Shown: positions 13,501 to 24,243 of the stretch, one piece after another
How the letters are laid out: every line of letters begins with the position of its first letter
Position numbering within the stretch: position 1 is the stretch's first letter
Source of the DNA: Nymphaea colorata
Lineage: Eukaryota
Direction: 5' to 3'
Length of the DNA stretch: 64,000 nt
Assembly (NCBI RefSeq): GCF_008831285.2
Contig: NC_045138.2
Span: 34,720,001 to 34,784,000 of the forward strand
Notes under the pieces: model-generated
Databases searched by the model: none
Told to the model about the DNA's origin: nothing
What the model saw: only the letters and a program-made list of their open reading frames with translations
Program-made: the position numbers and the translations under genes

Positions 13501-14231
13501 GCAAAAGGAGAAACTATAAAATAAATTTCCTTTTTTCTATGCAATCAAGCATCCCCAAGTATCCTTACATCTTTGGCATAAGCGAAATACCAGCCCAAGA
13601 AACTCGCACGCAGTGCTCAAGGTGGGAAAAAATGGGACAAATATTGAATGCCGGCAGTAAAGAAGTTTTGCTTTTGTTTGACGTGCTTCAGACTTTCTAC
13701 TTTCTAAGCAGAAACCATGTCCACCAAACAAATAAAACAACACAAATATCATTCCCCGTATGATGTTCCCAACACCCATTGCTAATTCCAAACGTCTCCC
13801 CGCATATCGAACAAGAGACCAGTAGTCGATGCCCCAACAGCCTAGGCACTAACAAGTCAAACTTGAAAAACTAGTGAGAAGGGAAAACCTGAAGCCGGAA
13901 TGAAAGCGCATGGAAATGAAACTCTACAAAAGAAGGCCAACTGTGTTTTTTATTTATAAACTCCCAACAGAGAACACTCGATAAGCCTTTTCCATACGTT
14001 CCCACATGAAACGGCAGCAAGCCAAAACCAGAAACACCACCTTCAGTTGAATGGTGAAAGAGATATATAAGAATAAAGCATATTGTACCGGTCGAAGCCG
14101 GTTCGTGGAAGTGAGTAGGGGCAGGAGGCGAAGGAGCGGCGCCGAAACGGTGGAGAGAAGGCGTGGAAAAACGAGGGAGGAGGACAGGTCTTGAGAGGGC
14201 CAGCTCCTTGAGCGGTAAACCCCAAACCCAT
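215..14231 (-). CDS. POLIA/POLIB: Organellar (plastid/mitochondrial) DNA polymerase I, family A; 3' end continues off the left edge of the window
   Basis: Exons with GT-AG borders and consistent phase: 14231-14089, 13060-12118, 11974-11786, 10786-10110, 8651-8198, 4736-4641, 618-526, 409-215. Motifs: 3'-5' exonuclease HACDTE and VWHNYSFD; CSLNINTETGRLSSRRPNLQNQPALEKDRYKIRQAF; motif A ADYGQLELRILAH; GGDFHSRTA. The N-terminus is Ser/Pro/Arg-rich like a targeting peptide. The A versus B paralogue cannot be resolved. Confidence 0.95.
1330..2545 (-). mobile_element. Decayed L1-type LINE 3' fragment (post-RT, zf-RVT, RNase H-like) in a polymerase intron
   Basis: Broken ORFs contain GNGQRCRFWTDFWL, C-REEEESNYHLLIDC (zf-RVT-like) and AERKVLEWGLE (plant L1 RNase H-like), with many frameshifts and stops. 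Ends are approximate. Confidence 0.75.
2620..3434. mobile_element. Non-autonomous hAT-like element
   Basis: TIRs CAATGTTTTAAAAC / GTTTTTAAACACTG, subterminal GACTCG/CGAGTC repeats, and an 8-bp TSD GTTGTGAG (2612-2619) / GTTGTCAG (3435-3442). Confidence 0.8.
5570..6824. mobile_element. Pack-type hAT-like element carrying a captured gene fragment
   Basis: Perfect 8-bp TSD TTTAGAAG at 5562-5569 and 6825-6832. Imperfect TIRs CTATGTCACAT / ATGTTACAGAG, subterminal GGGTAC/GTACC repeats at both ends, no transposase. Confidence 0.85.
5917..6460 (+). pseudogene. MGL: Methionine gamma-lyase 5' fragment captured inside a transposon
   Basis: ATG at 5917 (MAAEATAA...GKKRY), a frameshift near 6030, then RHEFGEHGG-MSIEASATFTVME, YSRHFNPTVLNLGRQMAALEGTEAAYC-ASGMSAISSVLLQL and LY-GTHALLTHFLP...TFVD, which are plant MGL motifs. 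The usual 'VN' in GGVNMS is missing and the sequence stops before the PLP-lysine region. Confidence 0.9.
7045..7240. mobile_element. Probable degenerate MITE with GAGGC/GCCTC internal repeats
   Basis: Dense inverted GAGGCA/TGCCTC motifs in an otherwise AT-rich intron. Termini and TSD are not clear. Confidence 0.4.
7459..7512. repeat. (AT)n microsatellite
   Basis: Uninterrupted AT dinucleotide run. Confidence 0.95.
11259..11424. repeat. Degenerate ~82-bp tandem duplication in a polymerase intron
   Basis: AAATCCTAGG...CATCATC...ATAACTGGCAGG...ACTT-AACT-GCATA occurs twice in tandem. Confidence 0.7.
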
Positions 14232-14246
14232 CGCCCCAGCAACTCT

Positions 14247-14327
14247 CCACCTTGCTCCGCTGCTCGACGCCGTAGCTTACTACCACCTTGCTCCGCTGCT
14301 CGACGCCGTAGCTTCTTACCACCTTGC
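14247..14327. repeat. 36-bp tandem repeat (2.25 copies) just upstream of the polymerase ATG
   Basis: CCACCTTGCTCCGCTGCTCGACGCCGTAGCTT(ACTA/CTTA) at 14247 and 14283, with a partial third copy at 14319. Confidence 0.9.
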
Positions 14328-14662
14328 AACTCACTGACCAGAGAACGAAAAACCCTTCAAGCACAGAGCTGGGGAGAAGCCAAAAGGCTAAAGAGATGAG
14401 GCCGTCTCACTCCCGTATTCTGTAAAACCTTTACCCTTTTTCCTTTCCTGCAGGACAAATAAGACTCGTTACTTGCAGTCCTTTCATAATTTCCCTCCGC
14501 CCGGGACACCCCACCCCCCACAAAAAGAAAAAAAAAAAAAAAAAACAAACAGCCAACAAATGGAAACGTGTATTTTCTCTTTACAAAACAAAAGAAGCGG
14601 CTCTCTTCCCCTTTCATAAATATATGATATTAAATTAAAATCGGTTTGCGAATGGAATCGAA

Positions 14663-15027
14663 CCATAATTATTTATTTATTTCACGAATCAAATTGGCTG
14701 AAACTTGTGTTTTAATTTAAAAATCATAAAATTGAAAAACTGACATTCATAAAGAAAATATCAAAAAGTATAAAACTGCAAACTATAATCGATTTAGCAA
14801 ATAAATATTTGTTCCCTTCCTGCCTTCGCGCCTCCGGATGCGGTTCTCCATAATTATTTATTTGTTTACGAATCAAAGTGACTGAAAATTGTGTTTTAAT
14901 AAAAAAATCACAAAATTGAAAAACCGACATTCATAAAGAAAATATCAAAAAGTATAAAACTGCAAACTATAATGACTTTAGCAAATAAATATCTGTTTCC
15001 TTCGTGGCCCTGGGGGTGCGGTTCTCC
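14663..15027. repeat. ~185-bp tandem duplication in the polymerase promoter region
   Basis: CCATAATTATTTATTT...GACATTCATAAAGAAAATATCAAAAAGTATAAAACTGCAAACTATAAT...TGCGGTTCTCC repeats, with units starting at 14663 and 14848. Confidence 0.9.
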
Positions 15028-15391
15028 TACGTCATCCTGTTGCCCGTTTCAAGTCCGATGCAGGTAAGCTACTCCAAGTTTCCACATGCTGGTGGCATCG
15101 ATCTCTTCTGCCGTCGAGAAATTTGGACGCCAGGCATTTGAATCAGGGTTCGGTTGTTTGCCTTTCGTTGTGGGGTTTTGGTGTTCGAGTCGGGGTTCGG
15201 TTGTAGTTGAGTCGGGGGCCCACGTCCACACACCCCCATGCCCGGTGGCCGAGCCTGAATGGGTGGGTAAGAACCATGGAACCTGGCCTGGATGCACGGA
15301 TCGACTATTGTAAGGGTGGATCATTAGCACGAAGACAGCACCTGTTCACGCCCATATTGTCGGCTTGAAATTTTAATACTTAAGTTGTGGA

Positions 15392-15800
15392 TGTTCTCCT
15401 GCGTCTAGAGTCTGCTTTGCTTTTGCTATATCTACTTTGTTTATGTTGAGTTTTGGTGTAAGCGTTAGTGTTCACCTGTGTCGGAGTACCCTCCCAAAAC
15501 GGCTCCTTAAGTGTAATATTGGGATTCCTTGTTTTGGATGGTCGGCATGAGAATTCTGTAAACGGCTTCGGTCATCATATGTAAGTAAAGTTAAAAGCTT
15601 ACTTGCTTCCCTCGTGATGTACTCATCTTCTTCAAGTGAATATATTGCGAGTTTTCTTTCCACACTCTTTGTGCAATTTGTGTTATTTGTTTTCGAGAAA
15701 GCGTTCAAGTGATCTGCGGCCACTTGAACAAGGCGAAGGCTTGCGGCTTACTGGCGAGAGTTTGTCGCGCCGGACGGTCCGAATGAGTCGGCCCGTGACA
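15392..15800 (+). repeat. 5' LTR
   Basis: TGTTCTCC...CCGTGACA; matches the 3' LTR; followed by the PBS. Confidence 0.95.
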
Positions 15801-15896
15801 ACTGATATCAGAGCTTAGGCTCTGTTCAAACTGGGGAAGCGATCGGAGAGTCGGTGTAGAGCGTCGCACCGACTTGCTACTGTTGAAGAGAATGCC

Positions 15897-18800
15897 ATAG
15901 CATCACAATACAATCTGCGATGTGCCAAAGGCAATAAGCCGGCCCGTCCAGAGGAAGCGAGCTCGGCCCATGACCAGGGAAACCTGGAAGAGACGGTGAA
16001 TAGGTTAATCGCAGATGTGGCCACCCATGAGGAAGCCATCGGCTTTGCTGCCGAGACCTTTGAGGGATTCAAGGAGGAAATGAAGTTGATGCGGGAACAA
16101 ATGGTCGAGTAAGTGGCCATGAACCGATCGCTCTCTGACTTGGTGAAGATCCTACAGGACGAAGTTGCTGGACTTCGGGCTTCAAATCAGAGATTGCTAC
16201 GCACGAACTCAGCTAGTATTAGCCAAGAGAGGACCAGTAGGGTCGACGTTCAACGTCCGGCGAAGTACAGTGGTAGTCGGGATGCGAGGGTGATCGACAA
16301 CTTTCTGTTCAAAGTGGACTACTACCTGAACTTGCAGAACGTCGTAGAAGAACATCTGAAGATCAAGACCACAGCAATGCTGTTAGAGGGGGATGCTGTG
16401 GCTTGGTGGAGGCGGAAAATGCTAGACATTGAGAATGGTGATTGCACGATTACTACCTTTGATAACTTTCGCAAACAGTTGAAGAGGTACTTTATGTCCG
16501 TCGATGCCGAAAGACATGCTTATAGGTTGGTTGCAAACCTAAAGCAAACTGGCGCCTTGAGAGATTACATCCTGGCATATCAGAAGGTCATGTTGGATGC
16601 ACCTATGATGCCAGAAAAAGACAAACTTCACTGGTTCAACATAGGGCTCCAATCTTAGGCCCAGACCGACGTGGAGAGATCGAACTCAGAGACCTTGGAG
16701 CAAGCATATGTAGCAGCCGAACGCTTGGCAGATACCCAACGCAAAAGCTACACTGATACCTTCAAGGCTGTGAAGAAGTCCGACCACAGCGGTAAGAGAG
16801 ATGACCGGCGAGACCACAACAAAAATGAACCGGTGTTCCAGAAGCCAATCGAGAGAAAAACCTTCTTTCGCAAGGACTACACTGGGCCACCAAGGGAAGT
16901 AACTTGCTGGGTCTGCGGAGGTAAGCACCAAGCGCGCGTCTGTCCGAAGAGGGTGAGACCTACCGGGCAGGCCAATGCCGCAAGGGCCACTGAAGACGAG
17001 ACCGAGGAAGGGCAGACACGAAGGGGTGCCGCTCAGACGATCAATGCTGTACAAAGCCGCGCAGCATCTAGCAGTTTGGTGTACAAGGAGCTGATGTACC
17101 TAGATGTCACTCTGAATGGAACGTCTACTATTGTGATGGTAGACTCTGGGGCTACACATAACTTCGTCTCGAAAGAGGAGGCGGAGCGAGTGGGATTGAA
17201 GCATGTGCCGCAGTAGAGGACCCTTAAAACGGTGAACTCTGAAGCCAGACCCATCCTGGGAGAAGCGAAGGGTGTAACGGTTCAGATTCAAGGCTGGACG
17301 GGAGTCACTAACTTCTCTGTAGTACCTCTGAATGATTTCAAGGTGATTTTGGGGATGGAGTTTCTTCGAGGCCAGAATGCAATGATGTTGTCAAAAACCA
17401 ACACATTGACGTTGATGGGTGCGGATCAGTCTCACACAGTGCACTGCCACTCCATCATAAACAAGTCACAGCCGATGTTGTCGGCTATGCAACTGAAGAA
17501 GGGCGTGCGTCATGGGGAACAAACATTTATCATGGCCGTACGTCTAGAAGAAGATGACCCTCAACCGAGAGTCATTCCACCAGGACTAGCCTCAGTCCTC
17601 AAGCAGTTCGAGGGAGTGATGCCCCCCGAGCTGCCCAAGCACCTACCCCCGAGGCGTGAAGTTGATCATCAAATTGACTTGGTTCCCAGAGCCAAGCCAC
17701 CAGCTATGGTCCCCTACAGAATGGGACCGATCGAATTGAAGGAGCTGCGAAGGCACCTTGATGACATGCTTGAGTCAGGAATCATTTGCCCCTCTAAGGC
17801 ACCATTCGGGGCTCCTGTATTGTTTCAAACGAAACATGATGGCTCTAAGCGACTCTGTATGGATTACCGCGCCTTGAACAAGGTGACGGTGAAGAACAAG
17901 TATCTATTGCCTCTCATTGCGGACTTGTTCGATCAATTGGGCAATGCGAGGATCTTCTCTAAGTTGGACCTTCGTTCTGGCTACTGGCAGGTCATGATTG
18001 TGGAAGGTGATGAACCAAAGACCACTTGCGTCACCCACTATGAAGCATATGAGTTCCTAGTCATGCCATTCAGGTTGACGAATGCCCCTGCAACTTTCTC
18101 GACTCTAATGAACAAGATATTCAACCCTTACCTTAACAAGTTTGTGGTGGTCTACCTTGATGACATTATGGTCTTTAGCAGCGACCTTAAGGAGCACGTC
18201 AGTCACTTGAAGACGGTGTTCCAAGTACTCAAAGAAAATGATCTCTTCGTGAAGAATGAGAAGTGTCGCTTTGGACAGCGGGAGATCAGTTTCCTCGGCC
18301 ACATTGTAGGGAATGGCCAGCTACGAATGGATCCGGAGAAAGTGAATGCTGTTCAAGAATGAAAGCCGCCCTCGAATATGCCTGAATTACGGTCATTTAT
18401 TGGGTTAACTAATTACTATCGGCGGTTCATCACGAGGTGCTCATTGATAGCGGCGCCCTTCACTGACCTACTTAAGAAGAATAGATTCTGGATTTGGATT
18501 CAGTCCGCCCAGGATGCCTTTGAAGGCCTGAAGCGTGCCCTTGTACAAGAGTTTGTCCTCAGGTTGCAAAATCACTCCAAGCCCTTTGAAGTACACACAG
18601 ACGCCTTAGATTTTGCCATTGATGGTGTCTTAATGCAGGACGGTCATCCGATTGCCTATGAGAGTCGGAAGTTGAAGGACCCTGAGAAGCGGTACACGGT
18701 GCTTGAACGTGAAATGACCGCCATTGTGCATTGCTTGCGCATATGGAGGCACTACCTACTGGGGGCAGAGTTCGTCGTTAAGACGGACAATGTGGCCACG

Positions 18801-20390
18801 AGTTACTTCAAGACTCAGAAGAAGTTAAATCCGAAGCAGGCTCGTTGGCAGGAATTCTTGGCAGAGTTTGATTTCGCTCTGGAGTACAAGGTTGGAAAAA
18901 CCAACGTGGTAGCAGATGCGTTGAGTAGAAAGACAGAACTTGCAGCCTCTCGGGCGGGGACCTCTGAAGCATAGTTGGAGGGTGCGCTCCTCGAGCGGGT
19001 TCGTGAAGGGATGCGGCAAGACTCAGCGGCCCAACACTTGGTTGCCTTGGCCGAAGCGGGGAAGACTCGAAGATTTTGGTTACGAGATGGGTTGCTACTC
19101 ATCAAGGGCAGACGTGTTTTCGTGCCGAAGTGGGGCAACCTCCGGCGGGAGTTAACAAGAGAGTGCCATGATACGCTTTGGGCTGGCCATCCAGGCCATG
19201 AGCGGACTCTGACCCTTCTTGAACGTGGCTACTATTGACCTCAGATGCGTGACGATGTGGAGGCATATGTCAAGACATGCCTCATCTGCCAGCAGGACAA
19301 GGGGACTAATCAGAAGCCTGCTGGCCTGCTCGAGCCTCTTCCTATTTCGGAACGTCCGTGGAAAAGCATCTCCATGGACTTCATTGTGAGTTTACCACGA
19401 GTTGATGGCTACAGCTCTATCTTTGTTGTTGTGGACATGTTTTCTAAGTATGCCACGTTCATCCCAACTACAAAGGAGAGTCTAGCGGAGAAGACGACAG
19501 AGATATTTGTGAAGCATATTGTTAAACACTGGGGTGTGCCAAAGAGTATTGTGAGTGATCGCGATGCTCGCTTCACGGGCAAGTTTTGGCGTGAAGTGTT
19601 TCGGTTGCTAGGCTCAGACTTGCTGTTTTCCACAAACTTCCACCCTCATACTGATGGCAAGACCGAACGCATCAATGCTTTGTTGGAACAGTACCTGCAT
19701 CACTTTGTCAGCGCCAACCAGAATAACTGGGTAAAGCTGCTCGATGTGGCCCAATTCTGTTACAACTTGCAGAAGAGCGAGTCTTCAGGCAACAGCCCCT
19801 TCGAAGTAGCCACCGGGCAGCAGCCGTTGATGCCTCACATGGTTGCAGCCCAAGAGAAGGGAAGACTCAGCTTTGCCTACTAGTTTGTCAGAGACTGGCA
19901 GGAACAGACGGAGATTGCTAAAGCGTTCTTGCACAAGGCCGCCAAGAAGATGAAGAAGTGGGCTGACAAGAATCAGAGACATGCTGAGTTTCGAGTGGGA
20001 GACCAAGTTCTTGTCAAGCTTTATCCAGACCGCTCGGGGATCTTCCGTGGACGACACCGGACATTGATCAGAAAGTATGAAGGGCCATTTACAGTGGTCA
20101 AGAGGATTGGGAAGCTGACATACAAGCTAGATCTGCCGCCAGACTTCAAGGTACATTCAGTGTTCCACATGTGTAACCTGAAGCCCTTTTATGCGGATGA
20201 TGAAGACCTGGGGAGAAGCCAACCACAACGAGAGCCGATCTTGCAACGCGCTCCTTCGACCCGGAGGGCCATCGACCGACAGTTGGACCATCCTTTGACA
20301 CAAAGTGAACTACCTTGGAGAACCGAAACGATACTTGGTCAGGTGGGTGGACGATGATCAACCAACATGGGAGTATGCCTTCCGCTTGAA
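15897..20390 (+). pseudogene. gag-pol polyprotein, inactivated
   Basis: The seven ORF pieces from 16113 to 20357 share one frame and are separated by stops. Motifs: Zn knuckle CWVCGGKHQARVC, protease DSGATHNF, RT YLDD, RNase H, integrase H-H-C-C and D,D(35)E region, GPF, and a frameshifted chromodomain YLVRW...TWE near 20330-20375. The likely start codon appears mutated to ATA at 15897. Confidence 0.9.
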
Positions 20391-20470
20391 TTGAAGCCAT
20401 TCATAAGAAGTCAGGATCTACCATGAAGCTGCTAGCGCCGAGGACGATGCTTGATTTGAAGGAGGGAGCA

Positions 20471-20886
20471 TGTTCCCCTGTGTCAAGAGTTTGTACAGTC
20501 CTTTGCTTTTGCTGTATCTACTTTGCTTATGTTGAGTCTTGGTGTAAGCTTTAGTGTTCACCTGTGTCAGAGTACCATCCCAAAACGGCTCCCTAAGTGT
20601 AATATTGAGATTCCTTGTTTTGGCTGGTCGGCATGAGAATTCTGTAAGCGGCTTCGGCCATCATATGTAAGTAAAGTTAAAAACTTACTTGCTTCCATCG
20701 TGATGTACTCATCTTCTTCAAGTGAATATATTACGAATTTTCTTTCCACACTCTTTATGCAATTTGTGTTCTTTGTTTTCAAGAAAGCGTTCAAGTGATC
20801 TACGCCCACTTGAACGAGGCAAAGGCTTGTGGCTTACTGACGAGAGTTTGCCACGCCGCGCGGTCTGAAGGAGTCGGCCCGTGACA
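20471..20886 (+). repeat. 3' LTR
   Basis: TGTTCCCC...CCGTGACA, preceded by the PPT and followed by the TSD. Confidence 0.95.
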
Positions 20887-21539
20887 GTGGACATCCTTAA
20901 ACAAATTTACGCTGCCTATTCTAGACCACAGGTCATGTAGCCAAAAGATCAGTTGCAATTAATATAGAAGGGGATGGGTTCAGTTTAGTGAAACTTTCAT
21001 ATAGCAAAGTCTGTCGCTGCCCATTGAGGGGACCTAGCGCAGGGGTCTGGTCGAACCTTCCGGACAAGTGCTTTAACTGCCCGTTGTTTCTAGCTTGCAA
21101 AACATATGTCGTGCTTTTACTCAAGAAAGTGATAATAGAAGCTGGTATTCTGATTCTAAAGTCACGCGTCATGTGACCAGTGACCTTAACAATCTGATAA
21201 TATGTGTTTCCTACCCAATGCAAAAGATAATATTTCCGCCGCATGAGGATCAGGTCTGTTTATTTCGCATATTGGGAACTCTACTTTACTGCTTTCAAGT
21301 TATAGAGCAATCCTTACATTTGTTTCGTATGCTGCTAATGTTACAAGAAATTTATTGTCTGCCAACGTATTTGCCAAAGACAATGGTGTATTATTTGAGT
21401 TTCATCCTTATTTCTTCTGAGTGGGATTAAAAAGAGGGGTTGAGATTGCTTGGGGAAGGAATGTCAATGGATTCGGCCAGCTTTAAGATTGACGGGAACA
21501 ATCAAGAGGCTTGCATGGGCAAGACATCCATTCTTTAAA

Positions 21540-21945
21540 CAGTGGCATTAATGGTTTGGACATCTCGCACTTGGAGTGATCCAAAATGTTATTAGTTGAT
21601 TGGATTTGCCTGATTTCAAAACGTTGAACGTCAATAAGGTTTGAGTTGTTTGTCAGTCCAGCAAAAGCTTTTGACGTATGAGCTTGTCATTAGATTTTGG
21701 TCGATATAGAGTCATAGACCTATTTGATTTTTGTTGATGCTTTCTCCCGTTATACATGGATCTATAAGACTGTCCGTAAATCTGATGTCGTTGATGTGTT
21801 TCATATATTTAAACATAAAGTTAAAAAAAATTAAAACAATGATTAAATGTTTGCAAAGCAATGGAGGTGGATAGTACAAGGTTTTGAAACTGTTTTTATC
21901 GGGTCAAAAAATCAATTATCTTATCTCATGTCTCCACAATCATGT
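21540..21945 (+). mobile_element. Ty1/copia integrase remnant
   Basis: Manual translation gives QWH*WFGH (gag-pre-integrase), CQSSKS, YLIFVDAFSRYTWIY...KSDV..VF..FK, IKCLQSNGGG*Y and ISCLH. Confidence 0.75.
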
Positions 21946-24038
21946 GACCAGTCAATTGAAGTCTCCTTATGAGGTTTTTTCTAATTAATGTCATTACTGT
22001 AAATTTCTTATGGTACCGGCGGAACGCCAACGGCACTCTACCCATTTATTGTAGCGATATATGTCGAACGAACCTTTGTCGCCATCATCGTCGGGGCCAA
22101 CACTTCCCAACTGAAAACTTCAATCGGCAATGCCCAAAGTGCTGTTTTCATTTAATAAGGGACTCCCTTTTGGGTTATGTAAAACTTTGATGAAAACGCC
22201 GTTTTCCTAAATTTGGGTTTATAGGAAATCCAGTTCCGATGATGCCCACAACCCCTTCAAAAAGGAGTTCAAATGTAGGCAAAATGTCAAAACATTGTTT
22301 AGCTTTCTAACCCCATTTTTGGGCGCATATCCAAACATACCTACACACCGCAATGCTCATTTTTAAATTCGAACCCAATTTTTTTACCGCATATCAGACA
22401 TAAAACTCATCCTTTGATGTATAAAATGATTTTGTTAAAAAAAAAAACGTTTCACGAGAGTTTGGATGACAAACAAAAAAGAGTTTTGAGAAAACTCGTT
22501 TTGGCAGAAACCATTTTTCAAAAGGAAGTGACTAACTTGGCACCCCTTGTTATTAAAAAAGTGTGTTTTGGTTTTATTCTTTTGTTTTGGAAAGATTATT
22601 TTTCATAGGGAATGTTTGAATGTATGGTATTCTACTCTGTAGCAGTGAAATTTTAGTGCCATCTTACAAATAAAATTCTGTCTGCCATCAATCAAACGTA
22701 GAACTCAGGCTACTAGGGTTTTTGGTGGGTAGTAGCATGATAATAGTGGAGACGGTCGAGGAGCTTGCAACAACTGCTCCATCATTCCGAACCTTGATAA
22801 GAGACCTGCCATTGTTCTTGGGATGGGTGACAAACAGGGACAGTAGCCAGGACAAAGCCGTCGCTAGTTATCATCAAACATAACACCGTTGCGCTGGTGG
22901 CGATCTCCACCATGGCCGGAAAGCAGGCTACGAATGCAAGCATGGTGGCAGAGGAGGTAGTTGGGGTTCGAGACCGAGGCGGCAGTGTCTGCGGTGCAGT
23001 GCAGGACGCGATGGCGAGGTTGCAGACGAAAGCCAAGATGGGGTTGGACTCGACGAGGAGGGGGAGTGGAGGAGAGGGAAGGAGTTCAGTCAGTTACTTT
23101 CAGCGGCACTGATGGTGGGGAGGGTGGTGATGAAAGCATTCCAATACGAGAATTTTCTAGATCTATATTTGGAGCCTAATTTTCTGGTGTCAGTTGATAC
23201 GGATCTGTATGATTTATAGCTTGGACCTACGAATCACACTAACGAAGAAAAATGGCGATTTACAATTTGTCGTCTAATATGCTTTTTACTTGTTATAGTG
23301 TACAGTTCAACTACAAGACACGTTGAGTAGTCAGTCATTTGTTGGATCTATTGCAGTTTTTTTGGCTGGGAATTACTGGATTTTGGTTGGGGCGACAGTC
23401 TTTCGTTTGGTGCAATAATTATTCTAACTACAATGCACGGTTTTTCTGTCCTTTGCAAAGCCGCGTCATGGTTTCTTTCACGAGATCACTCAGCAGCTTG
23501 GAGGATAAGCTCTTACAACAAATCAATGCGAAGTGCAAAAAACCACAGCCGATTATTTTTCTGGTTTTGCAGTATGCGAAACAGCTTGAATACTTTTGTT
23601 AATCACAAGAGGTGGTCAATCGTCACTCACAAGATGTGGAAATGTCGTTTTTTAAACAGTTTGATCATATGACATAAGTCCAACATGGAAATATAATGCC
23701 CGAAATAAAATTACCAGATAAAGCTTGAATTATAGAACTGGAACTTTTAGTTTGACCCAGTAAACACCTGATACCAGACATTTTAATCCTAGGCATTTTA
23801 ATACAACGCATTAAAAGGCCTCGTTAGTGTGCCATCCAAACGCTACCTTCATTTTTTTTAAAGAAAATGCGGAGTCCTGCGAAGGCACGAAAAAGTGCCG
23901 TCAGTTTCTTGCGGGTCTTGGATTGTATTCGCGCAATGAAAGTCGGGGAAATCTTTTGGCACCGTAAGGGCTTCATCGTTCTGATAGCTACCTTCGTCCC
24001 TGTTCATCCGCAGCTGTCGCTCGTAGAGTCGCAGCACC

Positions 24039-24120
24039 GCAGCAGCGTCCGCCTCTCTCACCGCAGCAGCGTCGTTTTCCTCAACTGCAGCAGCGTCGTC
24101 TTCCTCAACTGCAGCATCGT
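24039..24120. repeat. 24-bp tandem repeat (~3.5 copies)
   Basis: GCAGCAGCGTCGT(T/C)TTCCTCAACT units; fewer copies in the paralogous region near 37740-37780. Confidence 0.8.
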
Positions 24121-24200
24121 TACCTCCAGGTACTGGTTTCGCTCCCTCGCTCGCTCTTCTATCTCTCTCCTATCGCATGCTCTCTCTCTCTTATCGCACG

Positions 24201-24243
<43 letters not shown>

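Larger units (their letters stand above)
15392..20886 (+). mobile_element. Full-length decayed Ty3/gypsy chromovirus LTR retrotransposon (Galadriel-like)
   Basis: LTRs 15392-15800 and 20471-20886 (TG...CA). 5-bp TSD GTGGA at 15387-15391 and 20887-20891. tRNA-iMet-type PBS TGATATCAGAGC at 15803-15814 and PPT GAAGGAGGGAGCA at 20458-20470. Domain order is gag-PR-RT-RH-INT-chromo. The lineage label is an inference from recalled motifs. Confidence 0.95.

Noticed and set aside
14247..14327. 36-bp repeats as a CRISPR-like array
   Set aside because: The repeats are directly adjacent with no spacers, and the context is eukaryotic.
15140..15210. GTTCGAGTC/GGTTCG motifs as a tRNA or SINE B-box
   Set aside because: I could not build a cloverleaf, find a properly spaced A-box, or find a TSD.
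22780..23180. GC-rich stretch with short ORFs on both strands
   Set aside because: No recognisable protein motif, splice structure or element termini; a database search is needed.
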